Assembly (NCBI GenBank): GCA_037447605.1
Contig: CM074806.1
Location: 3,162,001-3,226,000, forward strand
Direction of reading: 5' to 3'
DNA from: Zygnema circumcarinatum SAG 698-1b
Lineage: Eukaryota > Plantae > Zygnematophyceae
DNA: 64,000 nt
A program made the position numbers and the translations under genes. Every line of letters begins with the position of its first letter. Within the stretch, counting starts at the first letter, position 1. The notes beneath the pieces are model-generated. The model saw only the letters and a list, made by a program, of their open reading frames with translations. It did no database searches and had not been told where the DNA came from. Positions 35,554 to 49,743 of the stretch are shown here, piece by piece.

Positions 35554-37707
35554 ATCTTATTTAAAAATTACTGTAATAAAATATAATGTAAAAAAATAAA
35601 TATCTTCTCCCGTATCTTCGCAGCCGTCCTTTCCCCCTCGCTGGGCTGCGCTCCTCCGCGGAGAGGGAGAGGAAGGGCCGAGTGGTGGTATGCTGTAAGA
35701 GGGAGGAGGGAGAAGGTGATTGTTCCGCTCATCGCCATGGCGACCACTCGTGTGCAGGCGCTCTCCTCTGCTCTACTTGCCGCCCCCGAAGGCAGGCTCG
35801 CCGCTCTCCCTCCCTGCCGCCTCGGGTGTAACTCGTCCTCTCTCGCCTCCCTCACTCCATCTTCTCTCCGTCTGTGCTCGAAAGAAGTGTTGCTCTCGTC
35901 TCGCCACAGTTGTCTGGACCATGGCGCGCTTCATGTGGCTGCCTTCGCTTCCCCCGNNNNNNNNNNCTCTCTCTCTCTCTCTTTCCCTCTCACTCTCGGA
36001 CATACACACGCACACACTGTATGCATATCTGAACTTTGAAAGAGGTTCAACCCGCACGAGGATTACCAAATGCCATTCGAAGACCTGCCTATTTCCAATT
36101 GTTTATGGCATTTCTTCTGCAGTGAAGTTTATAATCCCGTTCCAGGAGTGATGAATGATGTCCCTGCTGCGCGAGGATATGTCGGAGGCTTTTCTAACCT
36201 CCTTATGGTGAGCCTGCTGCTCACGAGCTTACCGCAGTTAGTCTTCTTACTTTGCTTCATGGAAAAAAAAAATGTGTGTGGGCTATTTTATTTGCTTAGA
36301 TATATTTAATCCCACCCTACGAGCTAAAGCAGTGTGGATTGAGGTTCTGAGTCTTCCCCTTCTTGTGGGGTTGAAACTGCGTTGGAAAGGCCAAGGACTT
36401 GAAGCTTGCACTCGAATCTGCCATGGAGGATGGCGTTGAGGCGAAGACGCCCATGGGGTCCGCCGTGCACAGCTTGTAAGCCTGTTCTCCCCCTTCCCTT
36501 GGGTAGTTAGTCCCTACTACTGATAACATGTTGAACATGGCCGATATGATGGCGGGTCGCATGCCGTTCCCCATCAGATCCGGCAAACATTTTTAAAAGT
36601 AAAGATGATGCATGTTCAGTGATACCCATGGCAGCCACGTGGACAATTCTGTCGCAGGTACTCCGAGATGTGCATGGATGATGCAGCAAAGGCAGACTTT
36701 TCAAGTATTTTCCATTTTGTCTATGGAGGTGTTTCGGCGGATAATGAGAGAAAGGATTCGTTTCCCACAAACTCATTGCCTGAAGGGACATCCTCCCGCT
36801 AGTACACACATTTTCATCGCGGCGTGCATCGACCGTTCTTGTCTGCGCAACAGAATGATTTTGCCTCTAGTCATTTTCCTGGCGAGTCTGGCGACTCGCT
36901 GATGATTCCAGTGTTCAACGCTCCGTCAACTGGCTAAGGACGTGGCTTAAAGACGCGCGAATGTAGGGAAGCAGCGTTAAGTGTTTGTATGATTACCAGT
37001 TAAAGTCTGTTTACGCTCTCTTATGTTTCTTTTGTCTGCCAAGAAAGCCGATGTGATCTGCTTGCATTGGTTCACCCAGAGCACCATAGTGTAAAATATG
37101 CTGTTTCAGAAAGGCATGCCAAGAGTGCAAAGGGGAACAACAGAGGGTTGTGGGCCTTTTGAGACGGTAGTAATGCCAATCGCTTGTTTGATATTCGAAA
37201 AGTTAAAAGAGAAAGGATGTGGCATATTTGAAAAGTTATTTTCCATGCCAGATTCCATCCTGTGTGGAGCATTTAGATGGTATGCGTCTTGGTTGCGCTC
37301 TCCTTTGTTTCCAACTGTGCGACCAAATATGTGTTGAAGGCTTCCAATGCGTCCATTTACTGAGTTTGAGGGTCATAGCCTTCTGAATCATCTGATGCAT
37401 CCTCGCCTTGTCTTGTTTCCTCTTCCTTGATTTGAACCAACCCCGCACTCGTCCTGAATAATAATTATATAAGCAGGGCATGTCAGACTGCAAAATCAGT
37501 CTGGAGCACTGGAGAAACACCTTTCGTGGATATAATTTCAAACGAGTATGGTCCTCTGGAAACACAACGATCCAACTGCAAATCTTTTTTCTATAAAAAT
37601 AAAATAAAAAGGAAACCCTCTCCTTCGGCATTTGCAGCTTCTGACCCGCTCGCCGTCCACAGGGAGTGGCAGCAAATATCAAAATAAGAAAAGAGTTAGA
37701 ATCTTAC

Positions 37708-37780
37708 CGCGCCAGACAGGGGTCGAACCTGCGACCTTTTGCTTAGGAAGCAAACACTCTATCCACTGAGTTACAGGCGC
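37708..37780 (-). tRNA. trnR-CCT: tRNA-Arg(CCT)
   Basis: Identical 73-nt cloverleaf, 183 bp upstream of and divergent from the CBSX start codon. Confidence 0.93.
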
Positions 37781-37963
37781 ATCTTATTTAAAAATTACTG
37801 TAATAAAATATAATGTAAAAAAATAAATATCTTCTCCCGTATCTTCGCAGCCGTCCTTTCCCCCTCGCTGGGCTGCGCTCCTCCGCGGAGAGGGAGAGGA
37901 AGGGCCGAGTGGTGGTATGCTGTAAGAGGGAGGAGGGAGAAGGTGATTGTTCCGCTCATCGCC

Positions 37964-40900
37964 ATGGCGACCACTCGTGTGCAGGCGCTCTCCTCTGCTC
38001 TACTTGCCGCCCCCGAAGGCAGGCTCGCCGCTCTCCCTCCCTGCCGCCTCGGGTGTAACTCGTCCTCTCTCGCCTCCCTCACTCCATCTTCTCTCCGTCT
38101 GTGCTCGAAAGAAGTGTTGCTCTCGTCTCGCCACAGTTGTCTGGACCATGGCGCGCTTCATGTGGCTGCCTTCGCTTCCCCCGCTGGCAGCACGTTGCCC
38201 GATCAGGCATCTGAGGTAGAATTTATTCAATAGGTTCTACTGTTTGAATTATGCACTCAGAAAAGAACATAGCTTTGTACTTGCGTTTTTTGGTACCATA
38301 TTTTGATCTACCGTAGTTGTTTTTAATATTCCCTTCGGAGATGGAACTAATGAAAGGGACATGTCTACAAAAATTGAAGGTGTTTTTGTTATGGTGGTCA
38401 GCTTTTCTCAGTCTTCTCTGTACAATTGTCCTTACCTTACCCTTACCTTTACTGTAGCTCCATTTCTTCTGAACTTTTACGTTTTGGGATTCGTCGCTTT
38501 ATGTAACCTATCTTACTCTTATCTTTTTGTTTGAAATATGTGCACCAATTTGTTCCTGTAGCTCGTTGATCAGCAACGACCCATTTCTGTCGGTGACGTC
38601 ATGACGAGTAGTGTTCTCGTTACCGCGACGATTACTACAACAGTCGATGAAGGTGGTTCCTAAATCCAAAGGCCTTGAGGAATTCTATTGTGCTTTCTGC
38701 ATGTGTTTGTTCTCCGGGCACTTCATAACCCGAGCAGTTGCTAACTTTGAGCACTTCATGATCATTGTTTTTTGCTGAGATTTTCTCTGCCGCAAGTTGA
38801 GTTCGGAAGGTTGTTCGTTTCCATGGGTTGACTAAATAGAGTATTATTTAAATGTGGAGTTTTGAAGTATGGGACTTCAAAGCGCATTCTCCGTACGGGT
38901 TTTTTAGGTTTGGTTCTTGGTGTACATTTCTCTTCTTATTTTACAAGAAATAAACCTTTAGATAGATTAGGTCTCACGCATTCATCATATTGGGTCTTAA
39001 TGCATAAGGGCTGTCAGGATGGCCATACACACACCTTAAGGCTTTCAAGCTTTCAGTAACACCCTCGAATGTAAACTTGTTTTGCTCTTTTTTCATGCTT
39101 GCGTTAATTTTGCACTGCAAAGGGAGGCGTGTCTTTCATTCATTCATCGCCAGAATTCACAAAGAATTAGGTGTTGGGTGGAAACTCATTTGCTCCTCCC
39201 TTCGCTGAACTTGTTGCAGCATGATTGTTGATGGGATCTGTCATGTGCGGATGCAGCTTTGGAGTCACTCGTGGAGAACAGAATAACAGGAATGCCTGTT
39301 GTTGACGAAGCAAACCGGGTGGTAAGCGAAACGCACGCAATATCTTTGATGTACGCTGAGGCATTCGTTCATGTCGTGTGCTGTGAGAAGTTGATTTTTT
39401 CAGGCTTGAAACATGTGTATATTCTAGAAGTTGTGAAGAAATGCCTTTGCTCTTGCTCACCTGTTCTTTATCGCCCATTCGATCACAATGTTCACTTGCT
39501 TGCTTGTATTTGCATGTTGATGGAGACGCATGAGGGAGTTAGCTTAACATTTGCCAAGTGGTAAACCTGTTGCTGAAACATTTCACTTAAGAGTGGTGAG
39601 CACTCCCATGTGAGAAAAGATAAAAAAACAGGAACGTAACGCGGATGCATGACATACAGCGAATGTCTCGTCTGGCATGTATTTATTGAGAAGTGCCGGC
39701 ATTGCTCATTGTTTTCATGGACAAAGAATTTGCAGGTTGGAGTCGTATCGGATTACGATTTATTGGCGTTAGACGGCATTGCAGGTGATTTTAATTGATA
39801 GTAATGTGAGCTAGCAATGTGTGGAGTAACGACATTCCTAAGGTGGCTTGCTACTAGATCAGAACTGTTACCTTTCAGGGAGAAATGGCTTCGAGCGCAC
39901 CACTTCGGCAGTTCCTGTTTGCTCGTATTTCTCACTGATTACACGTGAGGAATGGGCAAATTAGAGAGAGTTTCTTAATCGTCAGGTGTTGTTCCAGCGC
40001 TTAAGCTTAGATACGCTTTGGAGTGTTGATTAGCTCTCTGTGACTCGGTATAATTGAGCCACTGGAAATTAGTTCCGTCTTTGAGGCTCGATTCGAACTT
40101 AACATCAAGCATTAACTTGTGATGGATTGACGCAGTTTCGCCTGTCAGCCATCCGCATGTTTGACCCAGTGGGCACTTGTCGTATTCAGCAAGCTGGTTA
40201 CAAATTCATTTCTGTACTTGGTGGTTAACCCAGTTCTGGCTAGCCTGACTTAGTTTGTTTTTTCGTGGCACTGCAGGGAAGATAAATCCTGAGAAAGGCC
40301 TGTTTCCAGAAGCTTCCAGCTCATGGAAGGTACATTCTTCCACATACTTTTCCATCGCTTGCCTTTTTCTGACAAGTTTGTACTTAGTGCAAGCTTCGTA
40401 TTTAAGGATAATGAACGGTGTTCAGGAAACAGGTCTGTGAGTGCTGAGTGTATTGGACAGTCTTTAAAGTTATCATAAGAATCACTTCAGTTCAGGGGGA
40501 AAGGGTAATTAAATCATCTCCCAGGCCGGCTTTTGTCCTTGGACATGCTGGACATTTGGAATACTTTCGAAAGAATAGCTTGTTTCTAAAGCAGACTTTA
40601 TGCCTGCAATCTAGCCTCATTATATTAGGACTTGTGTTTGAATATCACTCCCTTCTCCAGGAGGTCCAATTAGACAGATGTTCGATTGGTGCCGAGATTG
40701 CCTAGAAAAGCATTTTAAGGTAAACAGTGGCAATGCCCTGCTTTAGAATGGAATTTTTTGCCGCATGTGGCATTATGGCCTGTCCATGTTCGTCACAAGT
40801 GTTGAACTGGGCTTCTCATGTTGACCCATTTACCACAGGAAAAAGAAGTGGCAGGCTCGCATGAGCTGTAGAAGGCGGAGTCTCGTGCAATCGTTTGAAG

Positions 40901-42201
40901 TTCCAATACCTCCTTAAAACAGTCGTTTGTTGTCATTTGCTGATGAATTGCGGATGGAAGGGAAAGTGCTTATGTAGGCAGCAGCCTGAGCAAGGCAGTG
41001 TTGGGCTATTGCAGAAAGTCTTATGAAATGACGAAAACATGGGAGATGTTGAACAAGGTGATATAGCGGAGGCATATAGCTTTGCCTGATTATCATGCCA
41101 ATATATAGAGGTTTGCCTGTTGAAGCAAAAGTATGAAGGTTATGTCCTTATCTTGTGGAGGGTGTTTGCAGACTTTCAAAGAGATCCAGAAACTTTTGAT
41201 AAAGACTCAGGGCAAGACAGTCGGAGACGTGATGACCCCATCTCCCCTCGTCGTACGGCCCCTCACTAATCTTGAAGACGCTGCAAGGTGAGAATCTCAA
41301 CACTCAAGTCGTGGAAGGTCCCAATTGGACCGACAGATAAACTGATAAGATCAATCACTCAGCTGTAGGCGAGTCTTAATTTGGAGCAGACGCAGTGCAT
41401 GGTAATTCAAACGCTATTGCCAGCCAAAATGAGGAGATTTGCAACAGCAGCAGTGTGTCATAGGGAGGTTGTTGTCGGCCACAACGGGGATGCCTCAGTG
41501 CGCGCTTGAATAGGACGGGCTTTTCCTAAAGTGTGCTGTTGGATTTGGACAGGCTGTTACTTGACTCGAGGTTCAGACGATTGCCTGTTGTGGATGAAAC
41601 CGGGAAATTGGTGAGTGATCGTATCTTTTGCCAGACGTTCTAAGTGCAGGTATTAATGGTTTAAGAGCCGCACTTTCAGTCAATCAAGGGGTCAACCGGT
41701 GCATATGCATGCAAGAGTCTGCTTGTTTGTTCTCTGGTCCATCCTTGTTCTCTTCATAGCAAGCTTCACGAGTGTTTTTATTGATCATGTCTTCTCTTTG
41801 GCTGCGACTTCTGCCCCTCCTGCGCCTCTCTTTGGCTGCACTGTCTCTGGTTATATCGTATCTTTGATCGACTTCCTTCATCCTCTCGCCCTCGTCGTTG
41901 CATTGCCCTTACATTTCTTGTCTTTAGAACGCCTTCCTCTTTTGCGTTCTCTTCCTCGCAAATTTAAAGGCAGTTTCCTTCAGTATGGCCGCCTTGCCTC
42001 TTTAGTGTTTTATTGCCCGCGTTTTCCCCTCATGCAGTCTTGAAGAGAGCAGCAGTTTTCGTCCTGCCAATGAGCCTCTTGTAAAGTGGCCGTTCTGCCC
42101 TTCTGCCATTGCAGGTGGGCATTTTGACGCGAGGCAACGTTGTCCAGGCAGCGCTGCAGATGAAGAAGAAGCTCGAAGCAGCAGCAAAGCGGAGCGCTTG
42201 A
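37964..42201 (+). CDS. CBSX: Plastid-targeted CBS-domain protein, CBSX1/2-like (256 aa)
   Basis: Exons 37964-38215, 38562-38652, 39257-39321, 39736-39784, 40277-40329, 41172-41287, 41553-41610 and 42115-42201. Ser/Ala-rich transit peptide; motifs VGDVMT, ITGMPVVD, VGVVSDYDLLALD, GKTVGDVMTP, FRRLPVVD and VGILTRGNVV. Confidence 0.93.
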
Positions 42202-43549
42202 TTGTGGGGGCATCACAGGACGAGGGCATTTGCCGCCTGCTTTCCCGACGAGTTGCAGCACGGTCTCTCAGCATGGGGGGGTCTGCGCCCCTCCACAGAT
42301 CGTTGGGACATTTTTTTTGAGTTTTGTTTGCGGATGGTTGTGGTTTGATTGAGCTGGATACGTATATATTTTGTGATCTACTTCGCATCTGCTATTTGTG
42401 TTGGGAATTATACACACTGCGTAGGTCCAGAGAGACCGAGGGGGGGCAATAATGTTACGTTCTGGTTTTTAGAGGAGGATTGTGCAACCTCGCGCTTGCA
42501 CCCTCTTCGGCAGTCGAGATCCTATTCAATGTCTTCTCACCCCTTGTGTGCGTTTTTTTTTCTGTATCCAGTGTTGACAAAATTAATGAGCCTGTGTTTA
42601 TAGCCATTGAATAAAGACGGACCATTATTGTTTTTCATTATAGCAGCAATGTTATCAATGGTTTGAATTTAATAAAAGAATTCCATTTTCTAAACAGTCC
42701 TTGCGACCGGGATTGATGAGTGACTGATATTTTATTTACGATTTTCTGGAGAAATTGTGACGTAGGACCCCACGCATGGTCGGATCCTGTTGTTTGCCTC
42801 AAACTGTCAGACTGCAATTCTCTTCAGCACTTGCACATGCCCAACATCTGGACCGATCGTTGGAATGGTTCAAGCCGTTGTTCGCCAATGGTTGTCGCCG
42901 TGCCAACGGTTGAAGTTAGACATTCGCCGGAACGTCATTTGTACCGACAGGCAGCCTGACCCTAATCCTAAATCCACCATCGACATAGGATCAACTTCCA
43001 TAGTGGACCCTACCGGCCTAGCGATCCACTTGCCCGAGCCCTCCGATTTCCCCCCCTATGGACCCCCCTCGACAACGCCGTCCGATCGTCGCGACGCAAA
43101 ACGACGAGCGGATCAACGGCATCTTCCGATCCGCCACGCGCCTCCGGCCAATCAGCGGCCTGTAATTGATCTCCCGCTCCCGACCCCAAATCGGCCTCTG
43201 CGGCCCACAGCGCGGCGCGCCCGAAAGCCTTGACTTGGACCTGCAAGGGCGCACGGTTGCGACCTCGCGCGTGTATAGGTCGCTCCCCATTAGCCCTCAC
43301 AAAGATCTTGATGACGTGGACTCCTGAGAGACGTCCAATTTTGGCGAGAGTTGAACCTGTGGTTTCGCCCGGATTCCCGGAAGATTCAACCGCCGGCCGG
43401 GCGGAGTGGAGTACTAAGGCCCCCCCCCGGGGCGAGGTTTCACAGAAGAAGGTTCTTAGTTCCAGGATTTTTGGAGGCTGAGCTTGAAGCAGGCGGAAGG
43501 AGGAGACTAGGAAGGGTTGGAAGGGCTTGCAAGCATTCAGATCTCAGAC

Positions 43550-46500
43550 ATGGCGACGGCAATGCAGACCACGGCGAGCGGCCTGAGCCTCGGATCTGTA
43601 GCAGCTGCGGCTGCTGGAGAGGCGAAGTCCGTGCAAGTGCCAGCTGTGGCTGGGAAGTTTCAGAGCTTCAATGGCCTGAGGAAGGCGGAGAACGTGTTTG
43701 GATCTACGAAGGCGTCGACAAAGGCCTTCTCGGTCGCTGTGAGCAAGAAGGGGAAGAAGAGCCAGCGCGCAGCTGTTGTGTGCGAGCAGCACATTCCGGG
43801 GATGAAGCTTGTGTTTGTCTCGGCTGAAGTGGCACCGTGGAGCAAGACCGGCGGGCTGGGAGATGTGCTGGGCGGTCTTCCTCCTGCGCTCGCTGTAAGT
43901 TTGAAGCTCGCTTGGATCTGGTGAAGGCAAGGTTGTCCGTCACAGTGGGCCTATGATGCACACGGATGAATAAGGAGCTCGTGAGCGTGTCTTCTGGTCA
44001 CGATCTGGTCGATTCTTTCCTTCATCTGTCTGAACTTGGATTTCGATGCAGGCCCGGGGCCATCGTGTGATGACGGTCTCTCCCCGATACGATCAATATA
44101 AGGACGCTTGGGACACTGAGGCCACTGTGGATGTAAGTTAACCCCAAGGGCAGTCTCTATTGCAAGATTCCTTTCTTTTCCCAAATACAGTCGTATGATC
44201 TGTTTTTGTAGCAGTTTCGATGTTCCCATTATCAGGACTCTAAATTTAATGGAGGTCTTTAGCTTGTTAAGCTCTTCGTTTTAATGTATTGTGTTTTATT
44301 ACGCGCAGGTGAAGGTGGGAAACAAGATTGAAACCGTGAGGTTTTTCCACACCTACAAGAGGGGTGTGGACAGAGTTTTCATCGACCATCCCCTTTTCCT
44401 CGCCAAGGTAATGCCAATTTGTGCGTTAGTGTTCGTTTTAGGTAATCAGTCCTTAGTTGTCTCTCCTTATCTAGTTCTATGTTTTCACTATGTGTCTCTG
44501 TGCCAGGGACTTTGATTTTAATGATTTGCAGCCAGAATTGTGAAACTTGATGCTGATGTGGAAATGATTGTGGTATGCTGGTATTTTTGCTCAGTCCTTT
44601 CTGGCTAGGGCATGGCGGGCGGGTTAACTGGGATGTGCTTATGCTCTTTACTGGGTATCTGCAAAGCATATCTGCCGAGTCTGTTCTCTTTGAGGGGCAG
44701 TTCACAGAATTTGGATATTGCTTGTGCAGGTCTGGGGCAAAACCGGCAGCAAGATTTATGGACCAGTAACCGGAGTTGACTATGCGGACAATCAGCTCCG
44801 CTTCAGTCTGTTCTGCCAGGTAAACGGTCTCCTGCCAGACATCTAAAAATTGTCAATTGAAGTGGACATTGCAAGCTGTGCTGGTATTGGATATGATTCG
44901 TTCGGTGATTTACTGGATCTTCTTTCTGCATTTCTGCCGCAGGCAGCAATCGAGGCACCACGAGTGTTGAACTTGACCAGCAATGATTTCTTCACTGGAC
45001 CCTATGGTAAGTTTCCTCTGTAGAAAGTGATTTTGAGTTGGTTTTGTTCCATTCTACTTAAGCAGTTTTTTTTTGCTCTACAAGCTTTTTTGAATATCAT
45101 TTCTACCGGTTTACTGTCGTCTGCAGGTGAGGATGTCATTTTTGTCGCCAACGATTGGCACACTGCCCCTCTGTCTTCATACTTGAAGGCCTATCACAAA
45201 GCAAACGGCAGCTTCTTGAATGCAAAGGTGTGTTGGCCGTCGAGTTTGTATGCGTTGCTGTCTGAAGATGTAATAATTGTGGAAGTTCACATCTGACACA
45301 CTACTTGCAGGTTGTTTGGTGAGCCGTTGTTGATGACTCATCCCTATGTGTTTTGTCCCTTATGGAAGTTTAAAGTTCATGTCACATGGGATGTGCCGTG
45401 TAAACAGGGTTTTATTAATGCAGAGTATGTATGCTTATCTTGATTTCCAGGTGGTATACTGCACACACAACATTGCCTACCAAGGCCGATTTGCCCGGGC
45501 TGATTTCAGTTACCTCAACCTGCCTGACGAGTTTCTTCCTGCTTTCGAGTTCGATGATGGGTAAGTTTTAGTTCATTTGTGTAGACGTAAATTGATAGTT
45601 AATAAATTAGGCTGCTCTGGGATCTCTGCTCTGTGGGCTGCTCTGCTCTGCTCTGTTTTGGTTTTTCTGCTCCCCTGACCATAGTTTTTCTTTCCTGGAT
45701 TTGTTTGCAACGTTTGACCAAAGTCATTAATTTCCTCTGAAGCCAAATCTTGTCTGTTCTCATGTTTTGTGATAGTTCTGACCACCGTTCACTGTATCCT
45801 TGATGCAGATATGACAAGCCCGTGAAGGGTCCCAAGATCAACTGGATGAAGGCCGGTTTCTTGCAGGCAGACAAGGTGCTGACAGTGAGCCCCAACTACG
45901 CGGAGGAGCTTCAGGCTGGCCCTGACACTGGTGTGGAGTTGGACGACATTGCCCGCCAAGTTGGCGTGGAGGGTATTGTGAACGGAATGGATGTCCAGGA
46001 GTGGGATCCTTCAGAAGACAAGTACCTGGACACGAAGTATGACATCACCAATGTAAGTGAACATCATACAATGCAATCCAACCGTGTATCTACAAGATGC
46101 AATGGAGCAGAGCAAGCTACCTGAAAATGCTTGTTTCTTGTGCATTGGTTCATGTAGTAAATGAGAAGTATTGATCACTGGGTACAACACAGGCGGTCGT
46201 TGTTCATGCCGTTCTTTCCTGGCTGTGGTCATCATCTGGGTAGTCTGACAGGTATGTAAGTGCTCCGGAGGAATGCAGGTTTTGGAGGTGAAGCCCACGC
46301 TTAAGGAGACACTTCAGGCAGAGGTGGGACTGCCTGTGAACCCAGATGTTCCAGTGATTGCATTCATTGGCCGACTGGAGGAACAGAAAGGCTCCGACAT
46401 TTTGTCGGCAGCTGTGGAGGAGATTGTGGCTTCAAACGCACAGCTTGTTGTGCTGGTAAGTCAACCTGACTGATTTGGCCATGGCGGCAACTGCACGTTC

Positions 46501-47880
46501 ATGGGGTATGGGAAATATCAGTGTGACAGTAGTTGCCGGAAGTACTTCCTCGTATTCGTGACTCCTAGGATTTGCCAGGTCGCCACCATAGTATAGAAGA
46601 AGGTGAATAAAATGGTAGATATGCCTCAATTTCAACTAGTGTCTTAAAAATGATGTTGTCGGGTTTGCTCTATCGTAACATCCTTCTAAAAACCCTAAAA
46701 ACCCTGAAATCAAGTGTACACTTGCTGGGCTTACTCGTCGTTCTCTTTTCTCTCGACAGGGCACTGGAAAGAAGGCTTTGGAGCAACAACTTGAGGATCT
46801 TGAGGTCAAGTACCCGGGCAAGGCCGTGGGTGTCGTCAAATTCAACGTGCCTTTGGCCCACCTTATGACTGCTGGAGCTGATTTCATGCTCGTTCCCAGT
46901 CGTTTCGAGCCTTGCGGCCTCATTCAGCTTCACGCGATGAGATATGGCACTGTAAGTTGGCTTTCGGAAGCTCTGTCCCGGCTCTCAAACATTCTGCCCC
47001 AACTACACGTGATGACACAGAACGACAGTGGGTCTGACGTTGAATGAATCTTATCCTCTGCAGGTGCCAATTGTGGCATCCACCGGTGGATTGGTGGACA
47101 CAGTGGAGGAGGGTGTGACAGGTTTCCACATGGGAGCGTTTAACGTGGACGTAAGTCCCTCTTCATGCTACTTCTCTGTAATGAAAAAATTTGCTCTGGA
47201 AAGGGCATTTGAGCCAGAGGTTGGTTTTGTATGTGAATGTGTATGAGTGCGTTTTGCCACGCCTAGCCAGGTTGCAGTTTCTGTAACTATGGTGGGGTAA
47301 TCAACATAAGAATAAGAACATAAGAACATAAGAATTTCCTCGGGAGCTGCCGGCGTGTAATTACACAATGTATGGGGGTTATGTGACTTTTGTTCCAGGC
47401 AATGGCCGCCTTGGAATGTGTCCTGCACGTCTGCACGTCCTCGTAGTGCCCTCCTCGCTTGTTCTAAACAGGCGAAACGTGGTTGTGCAGTGCGAAGCGG
47501 TGGATCCTAAAGACGTGGCGGCGCTGGCTGCTGGTGTGAAGAAGGCCACCACGGTTTATGGTACTCCGGAATTCTCTGAGATCGTGAAGAACTGCATGAG
47601 CCAAGACCTGTCCTGGAAGGTGAGGCTTCTGCGTCCTCTTCCTTTGAGGTCTAGAGTACGAGTGCTGTAGAGAAGAAACTCTCAGACTACGGCGAGACTC
47701 AAACTTTGCTGCGGGGTTTCTCCGAATCTCACAATCAAGTTTGCGTGTTTATAAATGCAGAACCCGGCCAAGGTGTGGGAGGACGCCCTACTCTCACTGC
47801 AGGTGGAGGGCAGCGCTGCTGGGACAGCTGACGGAGAGGAGATCGCTCCTAAGGCCAAGGCCAACATTGCGGCCCCTTGA
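43550..47880 (+). CDS. GBSS: Granule-bound starch synthase (waxy-type GT5), 612 aa
   Basis: Thirteen exons: 43550-43894, 44052-44132, 44309-44407, 44730-44819, 44943-45006, 45127-45227, 45451-45560, 45809-46052, 46279-46455, 46760-46951, 47064-47150, 47491-47619 and 47761-47880. Motifs [41 protein letters not shown] and STGGLVD. Confidence 0.97.
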
Positions 47881-49743
47881 GCTGAGGGGCGTTTCCTATG
47901 ACCTTCCAGGCGGGAGGTGTTCAGAATGTGTATAATTGGATTTGGATTCTGCCATTTTGTTAACCTATTTGGAATTTTGCCAGCAGCATAGTTTACATAA
48001 GGGAGAGAAAGCGAAGCTGATCGTGCGGCGGCACGCTATGGATACTGTAGGAGGCATTAAACGCCATGCGCGAGGGATAAGGCGTGATTTTAAATCAGGC
48101 AGCGTAGGAGACAGCAGGCGCAAGCTGCTGCGGTGTTGCAGTCGTAGATGGAAATGGCGACGCTCGGTATAAAGTAGAAAAAGAGAAATTCAGCCGTATG
48201 ATGAGATGATGATGATTGCTTAATATGTATTTCAAATTTGGTCATACAAGGATGTATGCAGCTTTCTGAAGATGGCTGCAGGTTTGTGCGAATTTCGTTG
48301 TCGAAACTTTGTTTATGCAAGACGATGCAAGACAGTTAGTAAATGCCGAATATAATTTCCCATGTGAGAGAAGCTCAAGATTAGTCGGATAATTCAGTAA
48401 GTGTGAGCGGGGGAGAAAGCCAGTAAGCAGGTAGATACAGATGAGAGGAGGCAAATATCTAAATGTGTACGTCCGCGGGCGAGGGGGAAAAAGTTGGATA
48501 ATTTTTTGGGTATTTAGAACACGGCGAGAGAGGTGGAGAAGCCATTCATGCAGGCCTCCTCCGCCCCCTCTCCTCGAGGGAAAGATCGAACGACGCCGCC
48601 CTCTCTTAGAAATGCCGGCCCTAGTTGGCGGGAGAGTCGCAAACGACAAGCGACAACGCATCACACGCTGGTTTGTCGGCGTGCAGTTTCAGTGGTCGGT
48701 GGCGGTTGACCGTTGGCCTCGTCCGGCCGGGCCAGACCGGTCCTGTGCACGTCAGCGGCACAAGCCAGCATATGTCGGACCATTGGACCAGCAACTGTTG
48801 GTCAACGATTGCGTGCCAATGGTAACCAACCGCTGGCAGTGGTTGGCTAGGTTTCCCAACTGAGGGTGTTGTTCAAGGGCACTAAGTCAGCATCAGAATA
48901 ATTGACACCATCTTTCGCCTCAGCGGAGCCTGTGATTCCCAGCAAACCACCGTTGCAACTTCTCCACCTCCATCCTCGAAGACTCGACCTCCTTCGCCTG
49001 CACCTCTCTTCGTCCTCTCTAACGTAAAGGCCTCCCTCTCAGACCTAAGGGCCTCCCTCTGAGACCTGAACATCGCCATGAAAAAGTTCCGCTGGATTGG
49101 AACTCGCCCCCCCTCCAATGCATGCAACATCATCTCGTCAGAGAGCTTGAGGGTCTCAGGATTCTCTCCCACGAGCAAACCATTGCCAGTTTGTTAACCA
49201 TTGAGTTCGAGGTCCGCCAACCAATGGCTCTCAACTATTAGAAATGGCTGGCTAGCTCCATTACCCAATGGTCGCAAGCCATTAGCAATGGTTGACATTG
49301 CTATCAAATGGTCCGCCTAAGCACGCATGGGTGGCCATTCAGTAAATACCTCAGTACTTCAGATAAAGGCACGATGAAGGTGCAGTGCTCACAACGTCAG
49401 GCTTTCATAAGTTACAATACTGATGCAACATTCGTAAAGCAATGCTCAACAACATGTTAACCAAGTGGAGCATTGATGTTTTTGCATACGAGTTCACTCC
49501 GACTGAAGGCTCCACCACAAAGGCAAAACCTACGACCAGCCGATGGCTTCTGCTGACTTTGGAGGCAGGTCCAAGTGGCTCGAAAGGCGCAGTGGGCCGC
49601 CGTCCAGGGGACGTTAAGTGGGAGGACGGAGGAGGCAGAAGCCGTGCGAGCGGAAGTGTACTCTGTCAGACGGGTGGAGAGGGAGGTGGAACTCGCGGGG
49701 GTGAGGGTGGAGGGCCTCGAGGTGGAGGAGGAAGGCGCTGGGG

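Larger units (their letters stand above)
33738..38183. other. 2.2-kb near-identical direct duplication across a 10-N scaffold gap (33738-35956 / 35967-38183), probable assembly artefact
   Basis: The copies are offset by 2229 then 2227 nt (one 2-bp indel near 34375). The left copy stops in the middle of CBSX exon 1 at the gap; the right copy starts inside a CT microsatellite of HIBADH intron 7. Confidence 0.9.

Noticed and set aside
33738-38183. Apparent tandem duplication of the HIBADH 3' exons, tRNA-Arg and CBSX exon 1
   Set aside because: The two copies meet at a 10-N gap, are essentially identical, and begin and end mid-feature (a microsatellite and mid-exon). This is the signature of unmerged overlapping contigs. 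Half read depth over each copy would confirm it.
48191-48278. Box C/D snoRNA-like pattern (cagccgt-ATGATGA ... CTGA-ag-atggctg)
   Set aside because: The C box is part of an (ATG)n run, the unpaired bases are on the D-box side rather than the C-box side, and I recognise no rRNA-complementary guide. It lies in the probable GBSS 3' region. A snoscan or Infernal hit would reopen it.
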